Assembly (NCBI GenBank): GCA_002245135.1 | Contig: NGBS01000004.1 | Location: 186,001-250,000 of the forward strand | Reading direction: 5' to 3' | DNA length: 64,000 nucleotides | DNA from: Proteromonas lacertae | Lineage: Eukaryota | In this document: piece after piece, positions 38,764-51,008 of the stretch | Layout of the letters: each line of letters begins with the position of its first letter | How positions within the stretch are numbered: the stretch's first letter is position 1 | Notes under the pieces: generated by a model | Told to the model about the DNA's origin: nothing | The model's input: only the letters and a program-made list of their open reading frames with translations | Database searches by the model: none | Program-made: the position numbers and the translations under genes

Positions 38764-38910
38764 AATTACGTAGTTTTTATATCGATAATACTATTTCAGA
38801 TTGTTTGTATAAAAATATAATCATTTCATTTAATTCTATTGAAGTTTCTATATGTGATTTAAACACAGATATCTTGATTATAAACATAATAAACAAAATA
38901 AATCAAAGTA

Positions 38911-41900
38911 TTAATTTAATGAATTGATTCTAATTACTTCATTGTAATAATGATCCACTTCATCAATATAGCTTTTTCCAAATTTGTTCTTTATATACTC
39001 AATCAAACTATTATTCTGAAGTGATAAATAAGCTGTGTATGTATATAATTCATTCTTCTCATCTTTTTCTTTTTCTACTTCCGACAATTGTTTCTGTAAT
39101 CCTTCAATAATTCCTTTTAATTCAAAATTCTTACTTTCCAATTGATCATATTCCTGTTTTATCTATACAAAATTGATAATATATTAACATATATATACAT
39201 TTATATCTTCACTTTCTATATCTATTTTCTTAATAGGAGTAAATGAAAGACTATGGTTAATACTATTTGTTGATTGATTTATAAGTGATGAAGATGTATT
39301 AATTGGACTAGTAATAGATATATTATTATTAGTTGTAGTAGAATTATTAGTAACAATAGGTGTAGTTGAAGTAGATGTTAAAGAGATTGAAGATGATTGG
39401 TTAATTGGAGTTGTAACGGTATTATTATTATTATTAATGGATGAATATCCTTCTTCCTTTTTTATATTATCAATCACTTTATTATGAATTATCATTGAAT
39501 CAGAAGATGAAACTTGTAATAACTTGTGTTTATTAATTGCTGGAGTATTATATTGTAAAGAAGTATTATTCGAATAACTTTGAGATTTCTATATAATAAT
39601 AATCAAATATATAATTAATACATTTATTGATGTATTAAAAGACAAATTATTAAAGGGAATTTCACATTCATCATCTCCATCATTCACTTCCTTCATATTA
39701 TCAATAGACGACTGTATTTCATTACTCATTGTATTGATATATGTCAATATATTATGACTCATCTGTTCATTGATATGTTCAATTATTTCACTGTAATTAT
39801 TCATATGTTCTTCATATTCTTTTTGCATTTCACTGATACTTTTCTCTTTATCTTGAATCAATTCACCATATTTGATTGATTGCTCGTTTAACTCTTGTTC
39901 TAATGATTCCATTCTATTTATTAACTGTTGTTTTTCTAAATTTGTCTGTTTTAAAGTTTCTTCTAATTCACTGATGTTGTTGGTAAATATTTTAATTTGA
40001 TTTCTGTAGTCTTTTATTGTGCTCTCATATTTTTCTTTTTCTAATTGTAACTCTTTTATATCTTCTTCATAGGATAATGCTTTTTCTTGCCATTTATCCC
40101 TTTCTTTTTGTAATTCTTTAGATTCATCACTTTCTGGATTTAACTCTTTTATTCGTTTCAAATCTTCATTCATTTCGTTTATCTTTTGATCTTGCATTCT
40201 TATTATCTCTTTATATCTTTCTATCACATCACCATCTACTTCTTCAGCATTATTACTTGTCTTTGGTGTATCAGTATAAAATGATGTAATGATCTTTGAA
40301 ACTGTGTTCATTATATCAATACATTCTTTAATATAAGCATCATCATAACTATACATTAATAATAATAATAACTATACATTTCATCAAGTTTACCTGTCGA
40401 GCCAATCATTGGTTCTAATATTGATCTGAATGATTTTAAATGTTTAGTGTAAATATCTAAACCAATATATCTCGAAATCATATCAATTACATTCTTCTTT
40501 GTCATTATAGCTATTCCACTAGCATCATTATTATTGGTATTACTATTATCATTTTCATTATTACTGTATTTCAACAAAGTTCCAATAAATATAACAATTA
40601 CTCCTTGTAACTGTTTAACTTCATTTCTTTTGTACATTTTCTTATTAAATATATTCTCATTTTCATTTAAACATCCCATTATACTGGCTAGTAATCCTAC
40701 ATCAGTTGAACTTAATAACAGATTAATCGCAGTTAAACATTCTGTACACCAAGTGGATAATAAACGAGATAAAGATACCTAAATCATTATATAATATAAC
40801 AATATACTATTAATTTTAATGGTAATGACATTTTCAATGCTTTGGATAATGATTCATATAAATACATTATTATCGTTTCATTTTCATCATCAATTTCTTC
40901 GTTGTTTTCATTTGTATTTATCATTATTTTAGTTGCTAATTCTCTAGCAATTGGACTTCCTTCTAATATTCCTTCTAGTAATCTACTACTATACCATTGT
41001 ATATTGATATTTGGATCATTTAATATATCACTATCACTATTTTCACTATCTAAATTAAATGAAAGAAGAGATGATGTTGATTGTATTATATCTTATAGTA
41101 ATTAAAGTTACTAAATATATATTATGAAAAATGATATTTGTGTAATGATTCTGCCTAAATAAATAGTATCATTTCCATCACCACCTATTGCTGGAGGAGG
41201 TGTAATGGTTAAACCAATAAAACTAGTAGAACTTTCAACATTATTAGTGAAAATAGAACAAAACAACTTTACGCATACATTTTGATACTATTTACATATA
41301 TATATAATAATACTTCAATATTATGTGAATGTACAGTCATAATAACAATTTTATTGATAATTAAAGTCAAATTACTATCATCACTTGTATATGTAATGAA
41401 TTCCTTTTGTATAGTTGAATTGATTGATAATATATGTGATAATATTTCAATTCCAAAGATCTTGTTATTCATTGACAAATCAATTGTATCTGAAAACAAT
41501 ATACGTGAAGTATATAATATTAAATTGGGAGTCTATTAATGTTTTATAATTTATTTATTTAATTATTAATTATACATTAACTATAAATTGTTTATTAGAA
41601 AGTGATATACTATCGAATTCAGCTGTGTTTAAATCTACACTTGAAGATAACACATCAAATATCTATTACTCATTTTTATAATAACAATATACTTTGAATA
41701 TATAATTGTAGGATTTTTCTATATTATTAACTTGTTGTGGAGTAGGAAAAACTATATATATATGTAAATATTCATATACAATTATTATTATAATGTTTTT
41801 GTAACAATAAAGTTATCTTCTTTAAACTATCACTACCAGTGAATAGTTTTTGTGTAACAATATTATTAAATAATACATTATACATTATATGTAAACAATC

Positions 41901-42649
41901 ACATATTATTACACTTCTAATATCATACTGTTCTTCATATAATATATTATTCAAACAATCAAAACCTTCTTGAAAAGCGAAAAAACTTTGAATTTCAACA
42001 TTGTTGCTTGTTAATTCTAATAATAGTAATAAATAATCTGATCGAACATCTTCTCGTTTATCGCTCATTATGTCGATTATCTTCTGCATTCCTGCATTAC
42101 AATTGTATATCCTTGTTTCGACTTCTTTTTTGTTATTATTCATTAAACATAGTAAAATTTGTATACAATCATATCGAATCATTTTCTTCTTGTATTCGAA
42201 TAGATTTAATAAAATGTCAAACAAATTTCGGTTCTATGAATTAAATTTATTTACATTATACTTTAAATAGCAATATTGTATTTATCTGAGCAATTTTTGG
42301 TGTATCTTCTTCTTCATTTTCTTCATTTTTGTTCTGATCATCATCAAAATCTGTTATAGCATCCAATATACTTTCTAGAATTAACTGAACACATTCTTCA
42401 TCATTTTCTGTTGGAATAGCATCAACTAAAAAATTAAGAGCATTTTCACCCACTTCTTTTTGATATTCCTTTGTTAAATCCTTAAACAAAATATAATCTT
42501 AAAATATATACTCTGATTGTTCTTAAGCTATCAATTTTATCACTTTGCATTGTAGCTGTTTTAAATCTTTCAATTAATAGTAAAATTTGATTTGATCCAT
42601 CGGATGCTTTCGATTCACCTACTGGAGCCTTTACAGGAGTCCAATACAT
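38911..42649 (-). CDS. USO1: Vesicle tether p115/Uso1
   Basis: Spliced N-terminus LLIERFKTATMQSDKIDSLRTIR|DLTKEYQKEVG; head motifs GMQKIIDIMSDKREDVRSDYLLLLLELT and IQSFFAFQEGFDCL; long C-terminal coiled coil. Confidence 0.82.
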
Positions 42650-42829
42650 CTTCTAAAAGAAAAAAGAAGATTACAAACAAGTTTGTCTTGAATAAAACGA
42701 CTTTATTTATAAAAATAGAAAAGCATCGCTTTAAATCATTTTTGCTTATCATAAACAACAAACAAAATAATATTTAATATGATAAAAATATAATATCAAA
42801 GAAATAGTAATATATTGGTTGAAAATTTA

Positions 42830-44423
42830 CTATTGAATAACACAAATATATCGTGTCTCTATTATAACTGTTGGTTTTATACTAGCTACTGTTGCTTTCA
42901 TCATTTCAATTTCATGTTCTGTTTGTTTACATTTTCTTTCATATTCTAATCTTTTTTGTTCAAGAATCTTTCTCTCTTCACCTGTTTTTTTACTTTCTTC
43001 TTCTAAGAATTTTAACGATTCCTCATGATAATATCTACGTTCACATTCTTTTTTCAATATTTCTACTTCACTAATCATATAATCCATTCGCTCATCTATC
43101 ATCTCTTTAGTTCCCAAAAACTTCTTTCTATATTCTTCCAACTTATTACTCACTATATCACATTCTTTTTTAAGTTGTTCTGCATTAAGATTCTTCTTTT
43201 CTAATTTTTCTTTTAATGGATTAATCAACTTCTATTCAAAAATAGAAACTATATTAACATACTGTCATTATTTCACTAGTCAACATCTGATTCTTATTCT
43301 CAATAAAGATCTTATGCATTTGACTTAACTGAGGAATACCTTTACTCAAAAATGCATTCAAAGTTTCACATAAACCATAAAACTCCTCTTTATTTTCAAA
43401 AGTAGGTAGTAATTTTTCACTTAAGACTCTTTTAATGAAGTATAACACTATTTCTTTATATTCATCACTAAAACCATCCATATTTCCATTAAAACTTTCT
43501 TTTTCTACTTTTGGACCTGGTTGAGGTAATCCAAAGAAATCGATATATCTATAATGGCCTTTTAATAAATCTAAATTCTATTATTATTATATTATATAAT
43601 TTTTATACGCTTCTTACTGACAGCTCATTTGACTTAGTAATTGAATCTATAAATTCTTTCATCTCCTCCAATTGTTCTTTTAATTCATCACTTTCATACT
43701 TATAATCTCTCATTAAAAACTCAATTCCACAAAATGAACCATTTGCTGTTGCTTTCTGTGGAGGACAAAACTCTACTAATAATCGAAGATTTGTCATATC
43801 ATCTTTACCAATTAGACCTTTTTGATTTAATATCAATAAAGAACTCATTAAGTTGGAAATACCAAATAATACTTGATCACTTCCATTTGTACTATCATTT
43901 GCTTCTAATCCCTATTCATTGACATTATAAATATATATACTTCAGTATCAACTAATAACACAGCCATTTTCTTTGTTTTATCTTTTGGATTAGGAATTAA
44001 AAAGTAATGATTTAACATCCATATTCCTTTTGTACATGGTACATTTCCTGCTTTCCATCCAAAACCTTTTCTATCATGTCTACCTACATTTAAACAACCA
44101 TTATCTAGTTTCAAATCTTCAACATGAATCTTATTCATATCTATAATATTATATAAAAATCATTCATTATAACATACTGTTGTTCGTCTCATATTTGTCC
44201 AATATGGAGATGAATAAATTCAAAAGCGTTGATTTACCTGTTCGAAACTCACCTGATACATTCAATATAGCAATTGGAACATCTTCTTTTATTCCTCTGC
44301 TAACCTTTAACAGATTATCCTTCTTCAAGTCTAATCTCTTGTGATCCCAGCTAACAACCTATGAGATAATATTTAATAAGATAATAGTAATTATGCTTCA
44401 ACTGATTCGTAGTTTTTGCTCAT
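42830..44423 (-). CDS. Atlastin/guanylate-binding protein (GB1/RHD3) family GTPase with coiled coil and CaaX box
   Basis: G1 GEFRTGKS, G2 CTKGIW, G3 DTE|GL, G4 LMRDY; C-terminus ...RYICVIQ-stop; no TM segment. First intron probably GC-AG (44359-44396). Confidence 0.85.
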
Positions 44424-44852
44424 ATTTATAAAATGCTCTTTAAATTCAATTAATGTGTTAAAATGCTACTATTGGTTGTTTATATGTAAATTTTATTTTT
44501 ATGTATAAACTACATGCATGTAAAAATTAAAAACATACACCTGTAACGACTAAATTTTTGAAATAAACATTTATTAACTATCACTCAATAATAGTGATTG
44601 TTTTGTGTTATAAATTCATTTAAAACATCTTTCTGATCGTCTAGCATAGTTTATTGTGAAAATTAATTATAATGAAATAAAATGATTTTGATTTGCTTAA
44701 ATGAACAGATCTTATTTTTGATCTTGCGATCTAAGCAACATTATTGGATTAGCAAAACTCAAGCTTGATGGAGTTTGAAATTCGATATTTTCATTTAAAA
44801 ATGTTATTTTCACTTTTCTTAAAGTTTTATTATCACTTATACTTTCATAAAC

Positions 44853-45245
44853 ATGTCAGGTAAAGGTAAAGGAGGAAGAGGTAAGGGTGCTGGTAAGGCT
44901 GTTTCTCGATCAGCCAAAGCTGGTTTATCATTCCCAGTAGGTCGTATTGCAAGATATATGAGAGAATTGAATGTAGCTGAACGTATTGGTGCTTCAGCTC
45001 CAGTTTACTTATGTTCAGTCATTGAATACTTAGTTGCTGAAGTATTAGAATTAGCAGGAAATGCTGTAAGAGATAACAAGAAGAGCAGAATCGTTCCAAG
45101 ACATATTCAATTAGCCATTAGAAACGATGAAGAATTATCAAAGTTATTCTCTAATGTAACAATTGCAGCTGGTGGTGTTCTTGCTAATATCGAACCTGCT
45201 TTATTACCAAAGAAGAACAGCAAAGATGAATCTGATGCTGAGTAA
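44853..45245 (+). CDS. H2A: Histone H2A (intronless)
   Basis: [54 protein letters not shown]. Confidence 0.98.
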   Translation: MSGKGKGGRGKGAGKAVSRSAKAGLSFPVGRIARYMRELNVAERIGASAPVYLCSVIEYLVAEVLELAGNAVRDNKKSRIVPRHIQLAIRNDEELSKLFSNVTIAAGGVLANIEPALLPKKNSKDESDAE

Positions 45246-45280
45246 GCAAAAAGTTGAATATAATATAGTTTAAAAAAACA

Positions 45281-45296
45281 GGTGCTTTTAAGCACC
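45281..45296 (+). promoter_or_regulatory. Histone mRNA 3' stem-loop
   Basis: aaaca-GGTGCT-TTTA-AGCACC-acaa: perfect 6-bp stem and 4-nt U-rich loop, 35 nt after the H2A stop. Confidence 0.88.
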
Positions 45297-45500
45297 ACAA
45301 TTTAAATAAAAGAAATTTACATAAATCACTGTAAGAAAAAAAATTTGATGAATGGATAATTTTGATTTATAAATATTCATTTTTATCTGTTTGATAATAT
45401 ATACATATAAAATGATTATATAAAGAGTGTTTATAAGAAAAACTCAAAAAAGTCTCAAATGAAACGACTATTTATTTTGAAAATCAAACAAGTTTGAAAG

Positions 45501-48500
45501 ATGAAATGCTTAAAATCTTTCGTAGATACAGTGTTATCTTCAATATTACCATCTGAAAGTCAAGTATTTTAATTAATATATTATTGTAGATAAAAGAAAA
45601 GGTAGAAAAGGATGAAAGAGAAATAGATTTAGTTGTACAACATGAAAACGAAGTTGAGATGATGAAAATCTTGAATATTAATGAACTAAAAGAAAAAATA
45701 ATATTGAACTGTTGTGAGAACAACTGTTTGTTGTTAGATTGTTGTTCCTCTTATGTTTATCCTTCTAGAGTGTATCAGTTGAGTAATTATGATGAATATT
45801 TGGTAATATCACGAGAACATTACTTGAGCGATATGGAAGAGGTAATTCAAAATAAATCCTTATTAGAAAGTGAAATATGTAATTTAATATGTTCATTATG
45901 TGATATATTAATGAAATTGAGTGATTATAATGTGATGGTGAGTAATTTGAAGAGTAGCAATATAGTACATGAAGGAAATGACAAACTAAAATTATGTGAT
46001 TTATTGTTGGATTTATTAAGAAAAGAAGAAGATATGAGATTGTATAATATCTGTTTCAAAAGCCCAGAAGAGTTGGAAGGGTTAGAATGTGATGATAGAA
46101 GTGTGATTTGGTCAATTGGTTGTATAATATATCAAATGATAAACAAGAAATTACCATTTAATGAAGATAATAACATAAATAAAACCAAAGAGAATATTAT
46201 GAGATGTAAATACAGTTGTGATGTAGAATGTGATGATATAATGAAAGAAATAATAAATAAGATGATGAAAGTGAAAAATGAAGATAGATTGAGTCTAAAA
46301 GAGATAAGAAAAGAGATGACTGAAATGAGTGAAATATTGAAAGATAATGATAATTGTATAATGATATGTAAAGAAGTTAAAGAAGTGTTATATAATAATG
46401 ATATCGCCATGCTTCCATTATTATATTCATCAGAATATTACCTTGACAATAGTGATAGTGAAGATATTCGAGATGAATTGATAGAATATTACAATCATAA
46501 AGCCAATGAAAATGTGTTATTAGTATTATTAATGATGAAATTATACAATAATGATTATTCAATAAAGAATGAAATAAGATTTAATATTAATCATCAATGT
46601 AAAGATGAGAATGAAAAATGTCTTTTAGATGAAATGATATTTAAAATTGCATTTTATTATTATGATAACAATGTAATCAGAATAAATTCAGAATGCATTT
46701 GTTTCTGTGAAGAAGGAATGAATTTTTTCTTCAGAATAATGAAACTGATCAATCCAACAAAACTCAGATTTGGTATTTATTATCACTTACATTTATGTAG
46801 AGTTTATTTCTATTCCAATTAAACAACAATCATTATTTGGATCTTTATTTTTTCGATTATCATCTTTGCAAGAATTAGATTTATCAATGTGTAATATTGC
46901 TATTATATTTATTGAATCTTTTGTGAAATCAATTCCATTGATGAAATTGAAACATGTAAATCTTTCATGTATATATTATCAATTTATTTTACATAATAGA
47001 TAATCCAATTGGTCCAAAAGGATTGAAGCTGTTACTTCCATATTTGCATTTATTAATCTTAAACAATAAGTTGAATCTTATAAATATGAAATTAAATGAT
47101 GAATCAATGATATTATTATCATCAGAATTATATAAATATCCAAATCTCAAAGAAATTAATGTAGGATGGAATAGTAATATTCATACAAAAGGATTAAAAG
47201 CCTTATTCTCCAAATTTCCTATTTCAAAAATATGGTTTGATTTTAATGGATGTAAAGAGTTACTTATTGATAAAAACATTCCAGAACTAAATAAACATGT
47301 AAATAGTATTAGTATAAAATGTATGATTCACAACCATTCAGATATTGATGATTATATGTTTAGATCAATAATTTCATTGAGGTTAAAGAGTATTGGAAAT
47401 ATAGAAAATATAGATTTGAGTAGTATAATTAAATATTTTTCTAAAATTTAGATAATAAGCTAACATTTGAAAGTATAGAAATACTAATTGACAATTTATC
47501 TTCATTTACAAGTCTTGAAAAACTTCAATTAAATGGAAATGAAATAGGAGATTCAGGAATGAGATTACTATCTCCACATTTAGGGTTGTTATTAAATAGA
47601 ACCATCTTAGGAAACGAAATAAACTGTTCGAGTATGATATCTGTATTTAATATTAAATAGAAATGGATTTATCTTCAATTGGATTGAAGTATTTATTAGA
47701 TGGTTTAAAGAATATTCATCAAAAGATAAATCTTGAGATAAGTAATAATAATATTGATTCATCAGGAATAAAATATTTGATATATCATATGAATAAATGT
47801 GATAATTTTAAAACATTAATAATTCATGGTATATAAAGTGTTGTTGTAATTTTGTAATAGGTAATCCGATTGGTAACATTGGATTGAAAATGTTACTAAA
47901 CAATATGGATATATTAATATGTAAATGTGAAATGAATTTAAGTAATCTATCAATAGATGATGAAAGTGTAATTTTATTATCAAATACAACAAAATCAATT
48001 AGAAAATGTAATAAAATAAATCTAAAAGGAAATAATATCAGAATGAATGGATTAAAGTTAATTTGTGAAAAATCATTAAAATATTATTATCATCCATTCA
48101 TAGAAATTAACTCTTCATCATGGACAAATGAAGAATTGGAGTATTATTTGGATTATTGTATTAAAAAGAAAAGAGATGAAGATGATAGAAAATATGACTT
48201 TTCTAATTTAAATCTGAGTGATTCTCATATTTCCAAGATTAAGCTAGTTGATTATAAAATGCTTGATTTATCCAATAACAAAATTACTTCTAAAGGATTA
48301 AAAGAATTAATTGATACATTATCAAATGACATAAAATATATTTCAATATACAATAATCCAATTGGAGATGATGGAATAGAGATTATGTGTAAATGTTTAG
48401 GAAAATTTGTTAATGATTATTCATTAAATATTTCTAGTATATATGAATGTAATATAATTTTATATTACAAATAGATATTGGAATGAGTGAAAAAGGTTTG

Positions 48501-48827
48501 AATATGTTATTAGAAAGATTAAAAGAATATCATCCTTTGAAACAGATCAATTTATCAGGAAATGAATTAGATGAAAGAAAATTGATATTAATGAAAGAAA
48601 ATAAAGAAGTGTTTGATTGTGTAGAAGAAATATCTATTACTATAAAAGAAAATATAAATAAATCAGAATTACAATCATTTTTAGAATCATTTTCAACAAT
48701 TTCAAAAATAATACTAACTGGAATAAGTGAAGAAAAATTATCAAATAAGTTCTGTTGTGGTGATTGGTTGGTTATACTTTCATTTCTTTTGTTACTGCTA
48801 ATATTCTACACTTATATAACAAATTAA
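45501..48827 (+). CDS. Pseudokinase-LRR protein, copy 2 (long LRR array, hydrophobic C-terminal tail)
   Basis: SNLKSSNI, CDLL, SPEE and SVIWSIGC, then many RI-type LRRs (LQELDLSMCNI, LEKLQLNGNEIGDSGM, LDLSNNKITSKGL, ISIYNNPIGDDGI). The frame stays open through at least seven GT-AG introns. Confidence 0.8.
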
Positions 48828-48917
48828 ATATCTTGAATTTGTTTATTAGTTTATTTTTATGAAAATATTTATTTGTAAAACAACAAAAATCTATTTAAAA
48901 TAATAAATCTTAATCCT

Positions 48918-50752
48918 CTAATTTATAAAAATTGGATGATCAATAGATTCTAACATATGACTCTCACTTATTGAATCTTGTTCAAATACAATTACTTCAT
49001 TAACTCCCTTCTTTAATACTGGAGATGGAACATATAAAGTCATTGGAGGACCAACTTCCCAATGTCGACCTAAATTAAAGCCATTTATGTAAATATGACC
49101 TTTATGCCAACCACTATAATCTAACCAAGTATCAGCTATTTCATCTACAGTGAATGTTCCATAATAGAAACTCGGACCATCATTTACTATTTCATCTTTC
49201 CATACTAAACCATCTAAACCATCCATTGGTAATGTTCTCATTTCAAATCCTATTACACTCTTTCCATTGATTCTTACTTCTTCAATACCTTTACGATCTG
49301 TCATTGATCCACCAAAATTAATACGACCTTGATTTTCCACTAATAAATCAATTCTACCACTTTCACTTCCTAAATCAATCTTTGTATTAGCAGCATCTTT
49401 TCTTGTGATTATTCCTTTTAATTTACCATTCATAAATACTTGGATTCTATCCATTACTTCAGGTACTTCTAATACTTTACTTTCACTTGAATCAAGATTG
49501 ATGGTATATAAAATATATCCATAAGCAGTTCCTAATTCTTCAAATAATAATGGTTTATCATTGTATAAATAATGACGACTGATTGTTGCTATATTATCAA
49601 ATAATCTTGCACTCTTTGTCATTTTAACTTCACCATAAGCTTTCTTTGTTGAGTTAGCTGGAACTGCTGGTAATTCAGTTTTTAAGTAACTTTGTAAGTA
49701 TTCACGAATAGCCATATACTTTTGAGTTGTATCTCCTGCTTCAGTAATTGGAGCATCATAATCATAAGATGTTGTATCAAATTGAACATCAACACCTCCA
49801 CCATTAGCACCACTGTAAAATCCAAAATTAGTACCACCATAAGCCATGTAAAAGTTTACACTAGCATTATATTCAACTATTGCTTTTAATGTAGAAACTA
49901 CTCCTTTTGTATCAACATGTGGCCAACCTTCATTCCAGTGACTTAACCAACCTGGATAGAATTCGCTGTTCATTAATGGACCTGTTGGTTGATATTTTCT
50001 CATTGGAGCAAATGCACTAGCTACATCACCAGTAACACCAAAATCGACTACACTGTATACTTCTTCAATTGTACCACATTTTAAAAATCCTTCTCCTGCA
50101 CCATCAGTTGTGTAGTAAATTACATCTTTTCCTAAGATTCTTTCATTTAAGTGTAAAATCCAACGGAGATAATCATGATCACAAGCTGGATAACTTCCAT
50201 ATTCATTCTCAATTTGTACCATGGCTACTGGACCTCCATTACTGTATAAATATGGTTTTACTTTTTCTAATAAAACATTAAACCAAGCTTCTACTTCGTT
50301 TTCCCATAATGGATCACTGGTACGGATTTTTATATTACGGTTAGATAATACCCAATATGGAATACCACCTAAATCCCATTCAGCACAGATATATGGACCT
50401 GGACGTAAAAACACTATCATGTTGTGTTTTTGACAGATTTCTAAGAAACGAGGTAAATCACCCATGCCTTCCCAGTTGTATACACCTCTTTCTGGTTCAT
50501 GAAGATTCCAAGCTACATAAGTTTGTAAACCGTTCAAACCCATAGCTTTCATTTTTACAATCACATCTTCCCATCTGTTTGGATCAGACTATTAAAAATA
50601 TAAGAAAGCAATTAAAATACTCTGAAATAGTGGAAAGAGCCACCAATGTATTGGAATGGCTTTCCATCTTTCATGAAATTATCACCTTCAATTACGAATG
50701 AAGGTTTAGCGATAATGCAAGCAATGAATAATGCTAAAAAGACTAACTTCAT
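48918..50752 (-). CDS. Secreted GH35 beta-galactosidase, copy 2
   Basis: Same signal peptide, intron and catalytic motifs as copy 1; lacks the C-terminal extension of about 20 aa. Confidence 0.95.
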
Positions 50753-50785
50753 TTTTTGGAACACAGTTCTCAAATAAAAGCTTGT
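48926..50785 (-). repeat. Right arm of the inverted beta-galactosidase duplication
   Basis: Reverse complement matches 28809-30680. Confidence 0.93.
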
Positions 50786-51008
50786 TAATTATTTAAATTT
50801 TTGAGACACAGTTGTAATGCAAAAAATGATATGTCTTCACAGAAGCTCATATGATGAAAAATTTTATTTTATTTTCATGTTGATGAATGATAACGAATAA
50901 AGTAGTTCCAATTATTTCTAAAAATATATTCGTTTTTTGAATTAAAAACTATTTTGAATTTTTTCATTTGGCGCTTTTTTTCTTTTTCTCGTTTAATAGA
51001 GAAGTAGG

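Noticed and set aside
45200..45245. H2A as an H2A.X variant
   Set aside because: The C-terminus is ESDAE, with no SQ(E/D)-hydrophobic motif.
28809..50785. Inverted arms as terminal inverted repeats of a giant transposon or endogenous virus
   Set aside because: The arms are beta-galactosidase genes, the interior is mostly host genes, and no transposase, integrase, polymerase or capsid gene is visible.
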